Source: an uncultured Actinomycetes bacterium
GTDB taxonomy: Bacteria > Actinomycetota > Thermoleophilia > UBA2241
Direction: 5' to 3'
Assembly (NCBI GenBank): GCA_963755025.1
Contig: CAVWIH010000014.1
Location: 256,001-320,000, forward strand
Length of the DNA: 64,000 nt
The translations under genes were made by a program, and so were the position numbers. The notes beneath the pieces were generated by a model that worked only from the letters and a program-made list of their open reading frames with translations, was not told the DNA's origin and searched no databases. Shown here in pieces: positions 8,510-18,558 of the stretch. Positions within the stretch are counted from its first letter, which is position 1; each line of letters begins with the position of its first letter.

Positions 8510-8865
8510 ATGTGGCCGTTTCGCCGTGCGCCCCGCGCACCTGCTTCGGCGCCCACCACGATCGACGTCCGTGAGGCGTGGGCCAGAACGCGCAAGGGCG
8601 CGCGGCTGGTCGATGTGCGCTCGGGGCGCGAGTTCGCCGGGGGCCACCCCAAGGGCGCGCGCAACCTGCCGCCGGCGCGCATAAAGTCCGGCGAGACCGG
8701 CCTGGCGCTGGAAGACGAGATCCTCGTCATCTGCCTGAGCGGGCATCGCAGCCCCCGGCAGGCCAGAAAGCTGGCGGCCATGGGATACGTCAACGTCGCC
8801 AACGTGAGCGGCGGCCTGCTCGCCTGGAACGCGCCGGTCTGCCGGTCAAGGGGTCGCGCCGATAG
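8510..8865 (+). CDS. rhodanese-like domain protein, copy 1 (1-nt frameshift near 8828)
   Basis: LVDVRS..EF..GH, VICLSGHRS active site, GGLLAW; the paralog-matching tail RAGLPV lies in another frame ending at TAG 8865. Confidence 0.85.
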
Positions 8866-9037
8866 CCCTTTCACGCACGGCCCGGTGATCGCCGGGCACG
8901 ACATCGATCTCTGCCTTGGTTCTCCGGTCTGAACAGCTCCGGATAAGGCGGCCACGCCGGGGCCATCAGCACGGCGATCCCAAAGCGATGACGACGAGAG
9001 CCGGCGCGCGAATAACTCGAACGAGGAGGGTCAAGGG

Positions 9038-10409
9038 ATGAAGGTGCTGGTGCTCGGCGGGGGTCCCGCCGGCTACGTGGCCGCGGGCCGTGCCGCACAA
9101 CTCGGCGCCGAGGTGACCGTCGTCGAGGCGCGCGAGGTCGGCGGCATCTGCCTTAACCGCGGCTGCGTTCCGACCAAGGCGATGGTCGCGGGCGCCCAAC
9201 GCTTAGACCAGGCGCGGCGGGCGGCCGAGTACGGCGTCACCACCGGCGAGGTGAGCCTCGATTTCGCCTCGTTCATGTCCCGCAAAGACGCCGTCACCGC
9301 GCAGCTGCGCGACGGTGTCGCGCGGCTGCTCAAGGCGCGGCACGTCGAGGTCGTGGCGGCTCGCGGCCGCCTGGCGGGGCCGGGCAAGGTGGCGCTCGAC
9401 GACGGAACCGAGCTCACGGGCGACGCCGTCATCCTGGCGAGCGGCTCCGACCCGGTGCGCCTGTCGCTCTTCGATTTCGCAGACCCGCGCGTGATGACGA
9501 GCGACGAACTGCTCGTCGTCGACCATGTTCCGGCCAGCCTCGCCATCGTGGGCGGCGGCGTGATCGGCTGCGAGTTCGCCTCGATCTTCGCCCGGCTGGG
9601 CAGCAAGGTGACCGTGATCGAGATGCTCGACCAGCTCCTGCCCGGCGAAGACAAACGTGCCGGTCGCACCCTGCAGACGGCGTTCACAAAAGCCGGCATC
9701 GGGGTCGTCGTCAAAGCCGGCGTGGACAGCGTGGACCAGACCGACCCCTCAGGCGTGAGACTGCGCCTGGCCAACGGCAGCGAGCTCGTCGCCGAAGCCG
9801 TGCTGGTCGCCGTCGGACGCCGACCGCTCAGCCGTGGGCTGGGCTACGAAGAGGCGGGCGTCGAGGTCGGCCCTCAGGGCTTCGTCGTCACCGACGAGAC
9901 GATGCGCACGAAAGTCGCGGGGGTGTTCGCGGCGCGCGACGTGGCCGGCGCTCCGCTGCTCGCCCACTGGGCCTACCACCAGGGCGCGATCGCCGCCGAG
10001 AACGCCGTGACCGGCTCCCGCATCGCCTACGATCGGCGCATCGTCCCCTCGTGCGTGTTCAGCTCACCAGAGGTGGCGAGCTTCGGCCTGAGCGAGGACC
10101 GCGCCGCGGCCGAGGGCCGCGAGGTGCCAGATCGCCCACGCGCGTTTCAACGGCAGCTCCAAGGCCGTGGTCGACGGCGACGCCGACGGCTACGTGCGCA
10201 TCTGCTGCGAGCCGGGCGGCGGCGCCATTCTGGGTGCCAGCCTGGTGGGGCCGCACGTCAGCGACCTGGTGCACGAGCTCGCCCTGGCGGCGCAGGCCGG
10301 CTTGACCCTCAGCCAGGTGACGGAGACCATCCACGCCCACCCCACGCTGAGCGAGGCGATCGGTGAGGCGGCGCTGAGCGGCTTGGGACGCGGGATGCAC
10401 AGCCTGTGA
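9038..10409 (+). CDS. lpdA: dihydrolipoamide dehydrogenase (frameshift near 10127)
   Basis: GGGPAG, GGICLNRGCVP redox disulfide, GGGVIG, C-terminal HAHPTLSE in the shifted frame. Confidence 0.88.
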
Positions 10410-10462
10410 GGCCGGGCGGACCGCTACCAGAGCCGACCGGCCGCGAGTCGCGCGTCTGACGC

Positions 10463-11278
10463 TCACACCTCGGTCCGGTCACCGCGAGTGCGGGCAAGGA
10501 CGGCGATGGCTTGGGGAGCGCCCTGCGGGGCGAGGCCATAGTTGGCGGCAAACGACACGCCCAGCACCGCTGCGCCCGCGACGACGTCAAGGATGTAGTG
10601 ATTGCCGGTGATGATGATGGCGGCAAACACGAACAGAGGGTAGACGGCGGCCAGCGTCCGCGCCAGGCGATTGGTAGTGAGCAGGCAGACGGCCAGCGTC
10701 AGGAAGAGCGCGTACCCGATGTGGAGACTGGGAAACGCCGCGTACTGATCGGTCACGAACGACAGGACGCCGGAACGATAGTTCGTCGTCGAGTACAGGA
10801 AGAGCGTGTCGACGACCCCCGACGTAGGGACGAGCCGAGGCGGCGCGACCGGGAAGACGGCGAAGATCGTCATGGCGATCGCGTTCATGGTGAGAAAGAC
10901 GTTGCGAAAGAAGCCGAAGGTCTCGTGGCGGTAGAGGTAGATCCACACGAGAGTGAGGACTGTCGCCGGCAGGTGGACGTTGGCGTAGAACCAGTCCATG
11001 AACTCGATCACCACGTGGATATGGCTGGCCGCCGTCTGGATGGCGGGCTCCAGGTAGAGCCGCAGGCCTTTCTCGACGTTGATGATGCCCTGGGCGTTGG
11101 CCATGGCCGCCGCCCCACGGCCGCGCACGACGATGCGGGCGACGTCGTAGGTCGCGTAGCACAGGACCAGCAGCACGACCTGACGCAGTGCGTCGCGGCC
11201 CCCCGCCGGCAACGCTCCGCGCCATGAGCGCGGCGATCCGACCTCCAGGTACTGCTGCTGCTTTGGCTTACGCGTCAC
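10463..11278 (-). CDS. PAP2_3 / inositol-phosphorylceramide-synthase-like membrane phosphatase
   Basis: PVAPPRL, YAAFPSLHIG and TGNHYILD motifs; start uncertain. Confidence 0.85.
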   Translation of the reverse strand: MTRKPKQQQYLEVGSPRSWRGALPAGGRDALRQVVLLVLCYATYDVARIVVRGRGAAAMANAQGIINVEKGLRLYLEPAIQTAASHIHVVIEFMDWFYANVHLPATVLTLVWIYLYRHETFGFFRNVFLTMNAIAMTIFAVFPVAPPRLVPTSGVVDTLFLYSTTNYRSGVLSFVTDQYAAFPSLHIGYALFLTLAVCLLTTNRLARTLAAVYPLFVFAAIIITGNHYILDVVAGAAVLGVSFAANYGLAPQGAPQAIAVLARTRGDRTEV

Positions 11279-11315
11279 CGTCACCCCTTCTCCGCTCCGT
11301 TCGGCCTGCGACGAC

Positions 11316-11693
11316 TCAGGCAGTGGCCACGACAAGGATCATCGTGGCCACTGCCAAGGCGAGGCTCAGGGCCAACATCAGGACGGCCGCCCTGCCCCTC
11401 GAGGGGACCGGGCGATCGGTAGCGAGGGCACGGTCGATCTGCCTGGCGCGAACAAGGGCGTAGCCGATCATGCAGGCACCGAGGACGGCGTAGCCGATGC
11501 CGAGGGCGGCGTAGGCGACGCGAGGACCGCCGAGCAGGGCGGGGATCGCGCGGCCCACGACGAGGGCGCCCGCGATCGCTCCCAAGCCCGTGCAGAACCA
11601 AGCCAGGTACGCGCGCTCGCTGCTCAGCCGTGTGCGCCGCGAGGCGCCTTCGCCGCTGTGGTCTGCCCCGTCGTCGCGCGACCGTGCGTTCAA
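11316..11693 (-). CDS. DUF202 (YidH-like) membrane protein
   Basis: RTRLSSERAYLAWF motif plus 3 TM segments; start uncertain. Confidence 0.7.
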   Translation of the reverse strand: MNARSRDDGADHSGEGASRRTRLSSERAYLAWFCTGLGAIAGALVVGRAIPALLGGPRVAYAALGIGYAVLGACMIGYALVRARQIDRALATDRPVPSRGRAAVLMLALSLALAVATMILVVATA

Positions 11694-11871
11694 TGCTGAC
11701 TGCCTGATGGTCTGCCTCCTCGGGCCGAGCCGTCGATCAGCGCCAGTAAGTGCCGCGCCGCAAAGACCGAATGTTTCCCTGATTTGCAGCAATTCTTGCT
11801 GGAGACTCGGCTCAGCGTATGCTTGCTGCCGTGCGGAGATCTCAGAGAGAGACGAGCGGGGCCTGCGGACC

Positions 11872-12249
11872 GTGGAGGCCCGACGGCACGCCGCGCTCAC
11901 GCTGATCAAGGTCGTCCACACCCTGGCCTGGTTCTCTATCGAATCGTGCATGGCGTACCTGCTCTACGCGGGACTCGCCAAACGCTCAGACCGACGGGCG
12001 GCCGTCGCAGCCGCGGTCGTGACCGGCGAGGGCCTGATCTTTGCCGCCAACCGCTGGCGCTGTCCGCTTACTCGACTGGCCGAGCGTCTCGGCGCCCGCC
12101 GGGGGTCGGTCACCGATCTCTACCTGCCCGAATGGTTCGCCCGCAGCCTGCCGGCCGTCCATGTCCCGCTCGTCGGCTTCGCCGCTGTGCTGCACGCGCG
12201 GAACCTTGTTTCTAGCGAGCCGAGGCGACCCCCGGGGCCGCGGCCATAG
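11872..12249 (+). CDS. small membrane protein with CPLT motif (DUF2784-like)
   Basis: IKVVHT..NRWRCPLT..DLYLP; hydrophobic segments. Confidence 0.6.
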   Translation: MEARRHAALTLIKVVHTLAWFSIESCMAYLLYAGLAKRSDRRAAVAAAVVTGEGLIFAANRWRCPLTRLAERLGARRGSVTDLYLPEWFARSLPAVHVPLVGFAAVLHARNLVSSEPRRPPGPRP

Positions 12250-13720
12250 ACGACCGGCCCCGAGTGGCCGCCACGACACCGGCGACCACGGAAGCCGAGG
12301 CCAGGAAGATCATGGCGAACCGCAGTCCGTCCTGGGGCGTCGCCGCGAGGCCGTAGATCAACCCCGTGAAGGCGAGACCGAGCGAGGTTCCCATGCCTCG
12401 CGTCATGTTGAGCACGCCAGAGGCGACGCCGGACTGGTGCTTTGGCGCCGACGCCATGATCGCCGCGTTGTTGGGCGGCGTGAACAACCCGAGTCCGACG
12501 CCCACCAGAGCCAGGGCGACGAGGAGCATCGCCTGGCCGGGCCGCGACAGCGCCAGCACGGCCAGGGTCGCGGCGACGATCGCCATGCCGCTGACGGTGA
12601 GCGGTCGCGCGCCCCAGCGATCGGCCAGTCGCCCGGCCAACGGCGCGGCCAGGCCGAGAAAGACCGGCATGACGGTGAGCTCAAGTCCCGCTTCCCCCGC
12701 TCCGAGGTGCAGCCCCCGCTCCAGGTAGAACGGCGTGACGAAGAGCACGCCGAACATGACGAGGTACGAAAGCAGACCGCTGACCACGCCGGCCGAGAAC
12801 GCGCTCCGCTGAAACAGGGTGAGGTCGATCATGGGGTCCGCGGTGCGCCGCTCGCGCATGACAAAGCCGACCCCCAGCACCACAGCTGCTGCCAGCAGGC
12901 CGAGGATCGCCGGCGAGACCCAGCCGAGCCTGTTGCCGAAGGTCACCGCGACCATGAGGCCGACGACGGCCGGAAAGAACAGCCCGAGGCCGGCCCAGTC
13001 GAAGGGCACCCTGCCGACGAGGTGCCGGCTGCGCGGAATGAACAGGATACCGGCCACCATCCCGATCAGCCCGGCGGGCACGTTGACGAAAAAGACGAGG
13101 CGCCAGCCGCCGGCGGCCAGCAGCAGGCCACCCACCGCCGGCCCGAGGGCAAGACCGAGCGCCTGGGCGGCGCCCTGGATGCCGATGCTGCGCCCGAGCG
13201 ACTTGCGCGGCACAGCCAGATAGATGATGGCCACGCTGTTGGCCTGCAGCATGGCCGCGCCCACGGCCTGGAAAGCGCGGAAGGCGTCGAGCGCGGCGAG
13301 GCTGGGCGCGAGGCCGCACAGGATCGAACCCAGGATGAAGACACCGAAGCCATAGGTGTAGAGCAGTTTGCGCCCGACCATGTCGGCGAAGCGGCCCACG
13401 GCGGTGACCGTGGCCACCAGCACCAGCAGGTAGCTGAGGCCGACCCAGGTGACCGCCGCTACGTCGGCGTGAAAGACGTGCTGCAACGTGGGCAGGGCCA
13501 TGGTGACGATGCTGGCGTCGAGTTGCCCCATGAAGGCGCCGACGCACACGGTCGCCACCACGAACCAGGCGGCGCCACGGTGCCCCACCACCCAGCGAGG
13601 CCGGGGCGGTTCGACGAGCAGTCGCCGCCACCCGCGAGCGCGTTCCCGACTCGCCGGCGGAGCGTCGTCTACCGCTTCCTCTCGCCGAGGATCTTCACTC
13701 GTCATCGCCATCGCACTCAT
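12212..13720 (-). CDS. DHA2 family (EmrB/QacA) MFS transporter
   Basis: FMGQLDASIVTMALP, GRFADMVGRK, 14 TM pattern. Confidence 0.92.
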   Translation of the reverse strand: MSAMAMTSEDPRREEAVDDAPPASRERARGWRRLLVEPPRPRWVVGHRGAAWFVVATVCVGAFMGQLDASIVTMALPTLQHVFHADVAAVTWVGLSYLLVLVATVTAVGRFADMVGRKLLYTYGFGVFILGSILCGLAPSLAALDAFRAFQAVGAAMLQANSVAIIYLAVPRKSLGRSIGIQGAAQALGLALGPAVGGLLLAAGGWRLVFFVNVPAGLIGMVAGILFIPRSRHLVGRVPFDWAGLGLFFPAVVGLMVAVTFGNRLGWVSPAILGLLAAAVVLGVGFVMRERRTADPMIDLTLFQRSAFSAGVVSGLLSYLVMFGVLFVTPFYLERGLHLGAGEAGLELTVMPVFLGLAAPLAGRLADRWGARPLTVSGMAIVAATLAVLALSRPGQAMLLVALALVGVGLGLFTPPNNAAIMASAPKHQSGVASGVLNMTRGMGTSLGLAFTGLIYGLAATPQDGLRFAMIFLASASVVAGVVAATRGRSSMAAAPGVASAR

Positions 13721-13782
13721 CGTCGGACCTGCAGTTCCATAAGTCGAATACAGGTGTGAGCTAAGAGCTATATGATTCGCCA

Positions 13783-14667
13783 ATGGACCTGCGGCATCTG
13801 ACCTACCTGCTCGCCGTTGCCGACCACGGTGGCTTTACCCGTGCGTCAAAAGCCATATTCGTGTCCCAACCCGCGCTCTCGCTGGCCGTCAAAGAGCTCG
13901 AAGACGAGCTTGGCGTCGAGCTGCTCTACCGGCTCGGGCGAGGAGTCCGTCTGACTCCCGCCGGCGCCGCACTCGTGGGCCCGGCTCGTCAGGTGCTGCG
14001 CGACATCGAGACCGCCGGGGCGGAAGTCGCTTCCATCGCGGGTCTCGAGGGTGGCTCGCTTGCCTTGGGCTCGTTGCCGACTCTGGCAGCCGACCCGCTG
14101 GCCGGTCTCGTCGGCCGGTTCCGTGCCGCACATCCGGGTGTGGTCGTCGACCTCGCCGCCCCCGATGACACCGCCGATCTGGTGACCCTGCTGCAGCACG
14201 GTCAATGCGAGCTTGCGCTCCTCGAAGGGAGCCTTCTGCCTGACTCGTTGACGACCCACGACCTCGCTATCCAGAGTCTGTCGGTGGTGCTGCCGCCCGG
14301 CACCGTCCGCCCCTCGAACCGCCTTTCCGTCGAGGATCTTGAGCGCGTGCCCTTTATCGCCGCCCCTAAGGGGACGTCGAGCCGCCGGCTCCTCGACGAG
14401 GCCTTCGCGGCGGTGGGCCTCACGCCGCTGGTCGTCGTGGTGGCGGCGCAACGCGAGTCGATCCTGCCGCTCGTGCTCGCCGGCGCCGGCGCGGCATTGG
14501 TCCCCGACTCGCTTGCCCGGCAGGCAGCCGGGCTCGGCGCGGTCGTGGCCCACCCGCGCTCCGCGATCACCCGCCGCGTCGTCCTCGCGCACCGACCAGG
14601 GCCCCTCGCGCCGGCCGCGCGACGCTTCCTCGAGCTGGCGCTCGAAGGCGTTACGCCCGGCACCTGA
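13783..14667 (+). CDS. LysR family transcriptional regulator
   Basis: MDLRHLTYLLAVAD..FTRAS..VSQPALS HTH; divergent from the MFS gene. Confidence 0.95.
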   Translation: MDLRHLTYLLAVADHGGFTRASKAIFVSQPALSLAVKELEDELGVELLYRLGRGVRLTPAGAALVGPARQVLRDIETAGAEVASIAGLEGGSLALGSLPTLAADPLAGLVGRFRAAHPGVVVDLAAPDDTADLVTLLQHGQCELALLEGSLLPDSLTTHDLAIQSLSVVLPPGTVRPSNRLSVEDLERVPFIAAPKGTSSRRLLDEAFAAVGLTPLVVVVAAQRESILPLVLAGAGAALVPDSLARQAAGLGAVVAHPRSAITRRVVLAHRPGPLAPAARRFLELALEGVTPGT

Positions 14668-14721
14668 CCCGCGTTCTGGTCCGACGCCGCCGGGTTTGCA
14701 CTCGGGGTCCGCACGTAGGTA

Positions 14722-14747
14722 ATATGGGCATGTGCTCATAATGAGCA
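14722..14747. promoter_or_regulatory. overlapping palindromes upstream of the DUF134 gene
   Basis: TATGGGCATGTGCTCATA (14/18 self-complementary) overlapping TGCTCAT-A-ATGAGCA. Confidence 0.55.
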
Positions 14748-14851
14748 TCGGCGTGATGAGCTTGGTGGCAGCGTTTGCGGAGTTCGGCGACGGCCCGCAT
14801 CCGCCCGCCGCGACGGCGATGACGCCGACCTGCCGACCGAGAGGGAGATGC

Positions 14852-15781
14852 GTGGCGCGCCCGCCGATCGAACGTTCCGTCGAAGGAATCCCGCACATCA
14901 CGCTCTTCAAGCCGGCCGGCGTGCCGGCGCGCGAGCTCGAGCAGCTTCAGCTGACCGTCGACGAGCTCGAAGCCATCCGCCTCGTCGACCTCGAGGCGCT
15001 CAGTCACGAGCAGGCCGCCGAGGCCATGGGAGTCTCTCGCCAGACCGTGGGTCGCGTGCTCGAGCGTGGCCGTGCCAAGGTCGCCGAGGCCCTTGTCGGC
15101 GGCAAGGCCATCCTCATCGGCGGCGGCCAGTACCGGGTGCTGCCACGTATGCGCTGTTTCGCCTGCCAGAGCCTCTGGGTCGCAGATGCCGAAGTTCCGG
15201 GCCGCGTGACCTCATGCCCCAGATGCGGCTCCACCGATGTGGGCGCGTGCTGGGGCCCCGGTGCGCGCCGCGGCTGCCGGCAAGGCCGCGACGACCCCCG
15301 AGGACCCGGCTGCGGCCGCGGGGGCCAGCGACGTTCTCTGCAGCAACCAGTAACAAATCGACGAACCGATGAATCGACGACCGAGAGTGAGAACCACATG
15401 AGCGACCAGACCAGCACGACGATCCGCATCGCCATTCCCTCCGAGGCGCCCGGCGGCCTCGAAGCCCGCCGCTCAGGCCACTTCGGCCGCTGTGAGTGCT
15501 TCACGATGGTCGACGTGACCGACGGCGCAGTGGGTGAGGTCGAGATCCTCGAAAACGCGCCGCACACCGAGGGCGGCTGCCTGGGCCCAGTCACGCTGCT
15601 CGCCGAGCACAACGTCGACGCCATCGTCGTCGACGGCATCGGCGGCCGCCCGTTGATGGGCTTCAACCAGGTGGGCATCGCCGTGCACGCCGGTATCGGC
15701 GGCGACGTGCAGTCCGCCGTCTCCGCCTACCTTCAGGGCGGCCTGCCGGTCGTTGGACTCGAAGGCTCCTGCCAGCACTGA
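14852..15781 (+). CDS. DUF134 HTH protein in frame with a NifB/NifX-family (FeMo-co-binding-like) domain; second start likely at 15398
   Basis: LTVDELEAIRL..AAEAMGVSRQT DUF134 motif, CxxC..CxxC ribbon, then RIAIPS..SGHFGRCECF NifX motif. Confidence 0.8.
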   Translation: MARPPIERSVEGIPHITLFKPAGVPARELEQLQLTVDELEAIRLVDLEALSHEQAAEAMGVSRQTVGRVLERGRAKVAEALVGGKAILIGGGQYRVLPRMRCFACQSLWVADAEVPGRVTSCPRCGSTDVGACWGPGARRGCRQGRDDPRGPGCGRGGQRRSLQQPVTNRRTDESTTESENHMSDQTSTTIRIAIPSEAPGGLEARRSGHFGRCECFTMVDVTDGAVGEVEILENAPHTEGGCLGPVTLLAEHNVDAIVVDGIGGRPLMGFNQVGIAVHAGIGGDVQSAVSAYLQGGLPVVGLEGSCQH

Positions 15782-15866
15782 TCGGCGAGCGAAGAAGCCC
15801 GTCGCTAACCCGAACGGGTCAGAGGGTGCCGCCACGAACGCAGGCAACGAACCGGGAGTCAAGCTC

Positions 15867-16304
15867 ATGAAGAAGATAGGCATCATCATCTGCGATCGCT
15901 ATCACACGTGCGCCGGGGGCAAATGCCTGCGCGCCATGCGAGAGCGCGACGGCGCATTCGCCGTCTACGGGAACGAAGAGATCGAGCTGGTCGGGTTCAC
16001 CACCTGCGGCGGCTGCCCCGGGGGCAACGTGGAGTACGCTCCCGCGGAGATGAAGAAGAACGGCGCCGAGGTGATCCACCTGGCTACCGGCCTGGTGGTC
16101 GGCTATCCGCCCTGCCCGAGGATCGATGCGTTCGGCGAGTTCATCCCTGCCAAGTACGGCCTGGACGTCGTCGTGGGTACCCACCCCATCCCCGAAAACT
16201 ACTATCAGACGCATGAAGCCCTGGGGACCTGGAGCTCGGCCGACTGGCAGCGTCGTATCGAGCACATCGTGACGGACCCCGAGACGCGCCGGGCATACGA
16301 CTGA
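15867..16304 (+). CDS. CGGC domain protein
   Basis: KIGIIIC..CAGGKC..TCGGCPG..GTH motifs. Confidence 0.9.
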   Translation: MKKIGIIICDRYHTCAGGKCLRAMRERDGAFAVYGNEEIELVGFTTCGGCPGGNVEYAPAEMKKNGAEVIHLATGLVVGYPPCPRIDAFGEFIPAKYGLDVVVGTHPIPENYYQTHEALGTWSSADWQRRIEHIVTDPETRRAYD

Positions 16305-16311
16305 CCCTGGC

Positions 16312-16357
16312 CGGGAGAGGGGCAGAGGCCGGTCGGCCGGCCTCTGCCCCTCTCCCG
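16312..16357. terminator. GC-rich hairpin terminator
   Basis: 21-bp perfect stem CGGGAGAGGGGCAGAGGCCGG / CCGGCCTCTGCCCCTCTCCCG just after the CGGC stop. Confidence 0.75.
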
Positions 16358-16564
16358 ACATTCACGCGAGGAGTGGCGCCGGCCGAGTGCGCCGCCGGTG
16401 GCTGCCCGCGGTCCGCCACCGCCCAGACAACGACCGGCAACGGCGGCTACCGTCGCGGCGGTCGCGATGAGCTTCCACCTCATGCGCCAACCTCTCGTCG
16501 CCGGTGTGTCTTGCTTGGGTCGATCGCCGTGCGGTGCGTCCGCTTGGCCGCGCACGACGGCGCC

Positions 16565-17083
16565 TCAGAGACCGAGCTCGATCAGGCTCTGCCGGTTCCG
16601 GGCCGAGTCGCGCAGCATCAGCGGCGGACAATCGTCAAGGCTCTTTTCGCCCTCGATGAGCGCGACGGCATAGGCCATGCACGACGGGACCCCACAATCG
16701 CCGCAGTTGGCGCGAGGCAGGAGCCTGAAGACCTCGAGAGCCTTCGGCTTTGAGCGGAGGGAGAAGTCGGGTGTCAGGTGTTCGCGCGAGTCCCAGGGCT
16801 GATTGAGGAACCGGACGAGCTTCTCGACCTCGCGCTCGGCATGGTCTCTATCGCTCAAGTTGCTGATGCCGAACTGGCGCGACCTCAGGAAGACCTTGTG
16901 GGCTCCCTTTCTCCACACCAGCGTCGGAACGCTCGGGCTGAACTCGCCCTTCTCGACGGCACCGTTGACGTAGGGCATCAGCTCGCTCAGCTCCACAATG
17001 GTGTCGACCGTCGCCGCCCAGGCCTCGGCCCCCGGGTGGCAGGCCGGGCAATACAGGTCTATCTCGTAACTGTCGATCAACAT
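16565..17083 (-). CDS. (Fe-S)-binding protein with C-terminal FeS (PF04060-like) domain
   Basis: CPACHPG at the N-terminus; LPRANCGDCGVPSCMAYA..CP motif. Confidence 0.85.
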   Translation of the reverse strand: MLIDSYEIDLYCPACHPGAEAWAATVDTIVELSELMPYVNGAVEKGEFSPSVPTLVWRKGAHKVFLRSRQFGISNLSDRDHAEREVEKLVRFLNQPWDSREHLTPDFSLRSKPKALEVFRLLPRANCGDCGVPSCMAYAVALIEGEKSLDDCPPLMLRDSARNRQSLIELGL

Positions 17084-17308
17084 GAGCGCGACACCCCTCC
17101 GTGCGGTACCGTACCCAGCGACACCATGCTCGGCCGGATACGCGTGCAACGGCCTGCTCCAGGGAGGCGCCATGAATGCCGGCAGCGATTCGACCAGAGA
17201 CCACGACCTCGACGGGTTACCGGCACACCTCGCACGATCGCGCGGTACTCCGCCGACGCGCGTCGCCAGCTCCGCCCGTACGGTCAGGGCCGCAGATCGC
17301 GCGGCGTC

Positions 17309-17833
17309 ATGGCAGTAGACAGCTTCGAGGGACGGATGCCTCTGATCGGCGCAGGGACGTGGGTCCATCCCCCGGCCGAGGTCTTCGGCGACGTCCGCAT
17401 CGGAGAGCGCTGCTGGATCGGACCGGGCGCGCGACTCCGCGGTGACTACGGTACGATCGTGCTGGGCGACTGCTGTGCCGTCGAAGACAACTGCGTGATC
17501 CATGCCCGCCCGGGCGAGACCTGCACGCTCGGCTCGTGGGTGACGCTCGGCCATGGCTGCGTGGTGCACAACGTAGCGCTTCTCGGTGACTACGCCGTCG
17601 TCGGCATGGGATCTGTCGTCAGCGACTGGGCCGACGTCGGCGAGTGGGCCGTCGTCGCCGAGGGAGCCGTCGTAAGGCAACGGTTCGTGGTGCCTCCTGC
17701 GACGATCGCCGCAGGCGTGCCGGCGCGCTTGCTCGAGAGGCCCGTCGACGACGAGTTCCGCGCCGCGTGGCTCGGTTTCAAGCAGCTCTACGTCGATCTC
17801 TGCGAGCGATATCGCGCCGGCTATGGCCGATAA
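17309..17833 (+). CDS. gamma carbonic anhydrase family protein
   Basis: Hexapeptide repeats, LRGD, EDNCVIH, LGHGCVVH. Confidence 0.92.
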   Translation: MAVDSFEGRMPLIGAGTWVHPPAEVFGDVRIGERCWIGPGARLRGDYGTIVLGDCCAVEDNCVIHARPGETCTLGSWVTLGHGCVVHNVALLGDYAVVGMGSVVSDWADVGEWAVVAEGAVVRQRFVVPPATIAAGVPARLLERPVDDEFRAAWLGFKQLYVDLCERYRAGYGR

Positions 17834-17912
17834 AGGCGACCGTGTGAGTCCCGCCTTCGGGGCCACCGCCGGCGTTCCCCGCTCCGCTCCAAGCTGAACG
17901 CCGGCGCTGGCC

Positions 17913-18308
17913 TCAGCCCAGGGCGGCGACGACGCGCGTGAAGCGCTGCTTCACCTCGGCGGCGATCTGGTCGAGCACGGGGTTGGCGATCTGGCCGAGC
18001 ATGCCGGCCGGGTCGACCGCGCTCACGTGCGTGCCGTCGGCCGCCTCGTAGACGACGACGTTACAGGGCAGGAACACGCCCAAGTCGGGTTCGGCCTCGA
18101 GCGCCTGGTGGGCGAGCCGCGGGTTGCAGGCGCCGATGATGAGGTAGCGACCGCGCTCGATGCCGAGCTTCTCCTTGAGCGCGCCCCGCACGTCGATCTC
18201 GCTCAGTACGCCGAAGCCCTCATCCTTAAGCGCTTCTTTGACGCGCGGCACGACCTCGTCGTAGGGCGCGGCGAGCGTCGTGCCGATCGCATAAGCAGGT
18301 ACGTCCAT
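17913..18308 (-). CDS. DUF302 domain protein
   Basis: EGFGVLSEIDV..IIGACNP..LPCNVVV. Confidence 0.92.
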   Translation of the reverse strand: MDVPAYAIGTTLAAPYDEVVPRVKEALKDEGFGVLSEIDVRGALKEKLGIERGRYLIIGACNPRLAHQALEAEPDLGVFLPCNVVVYEAADGTHVSAVDPAGMLGQIANPVLDQIAAEVKQRFTRVVAALG

Positions 18309-18343
18309 GGCTCCCCCTTCGATTCCGACTCCGTGCACCACGG

Positions 18344-18359
18344 ATACCCACCAGGGTAT
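18344..18359. promoter_or_regulatory. CsoR/CstR-type operator, copy 2
   Basis: ATACCC-ACCA-GGGTAT upstream of DUF302. Confidence 0.75.
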
Positions 18360-18558
18360 AAGCGCAACCTCAGGTCCAGGACCAGCCTGGTCAGACGCAC
18401 CGGGTAGACGACACCGCCCAGACCGCGCACACTAAGAGGCGAGCGCGACTCGCCGCCGCGGCCACGACGCTGAGCGCCACAGCCACGCAGGCGGCCGCGA
18501 ACGGCGCGGCAGGCGCACGCGGAAGGAGCCGACCATCGACAGGCAGACGCCCCAGGGC

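Noticed and set aside
15398-15781. Nitrogen fixation inferred from the NifB/NifX domain
   Set aside because: No nifHDK here; the domain is widespread in non-diazotrophic anaerobes
16362-16483. Minus-strand ORF starting MRWKLIATAATVAAVA with a signal-peptide-like start
   Set aside because: Needs a frameshift to stay hydrophobic and runs into the terminator hairpin; at best a small remnant
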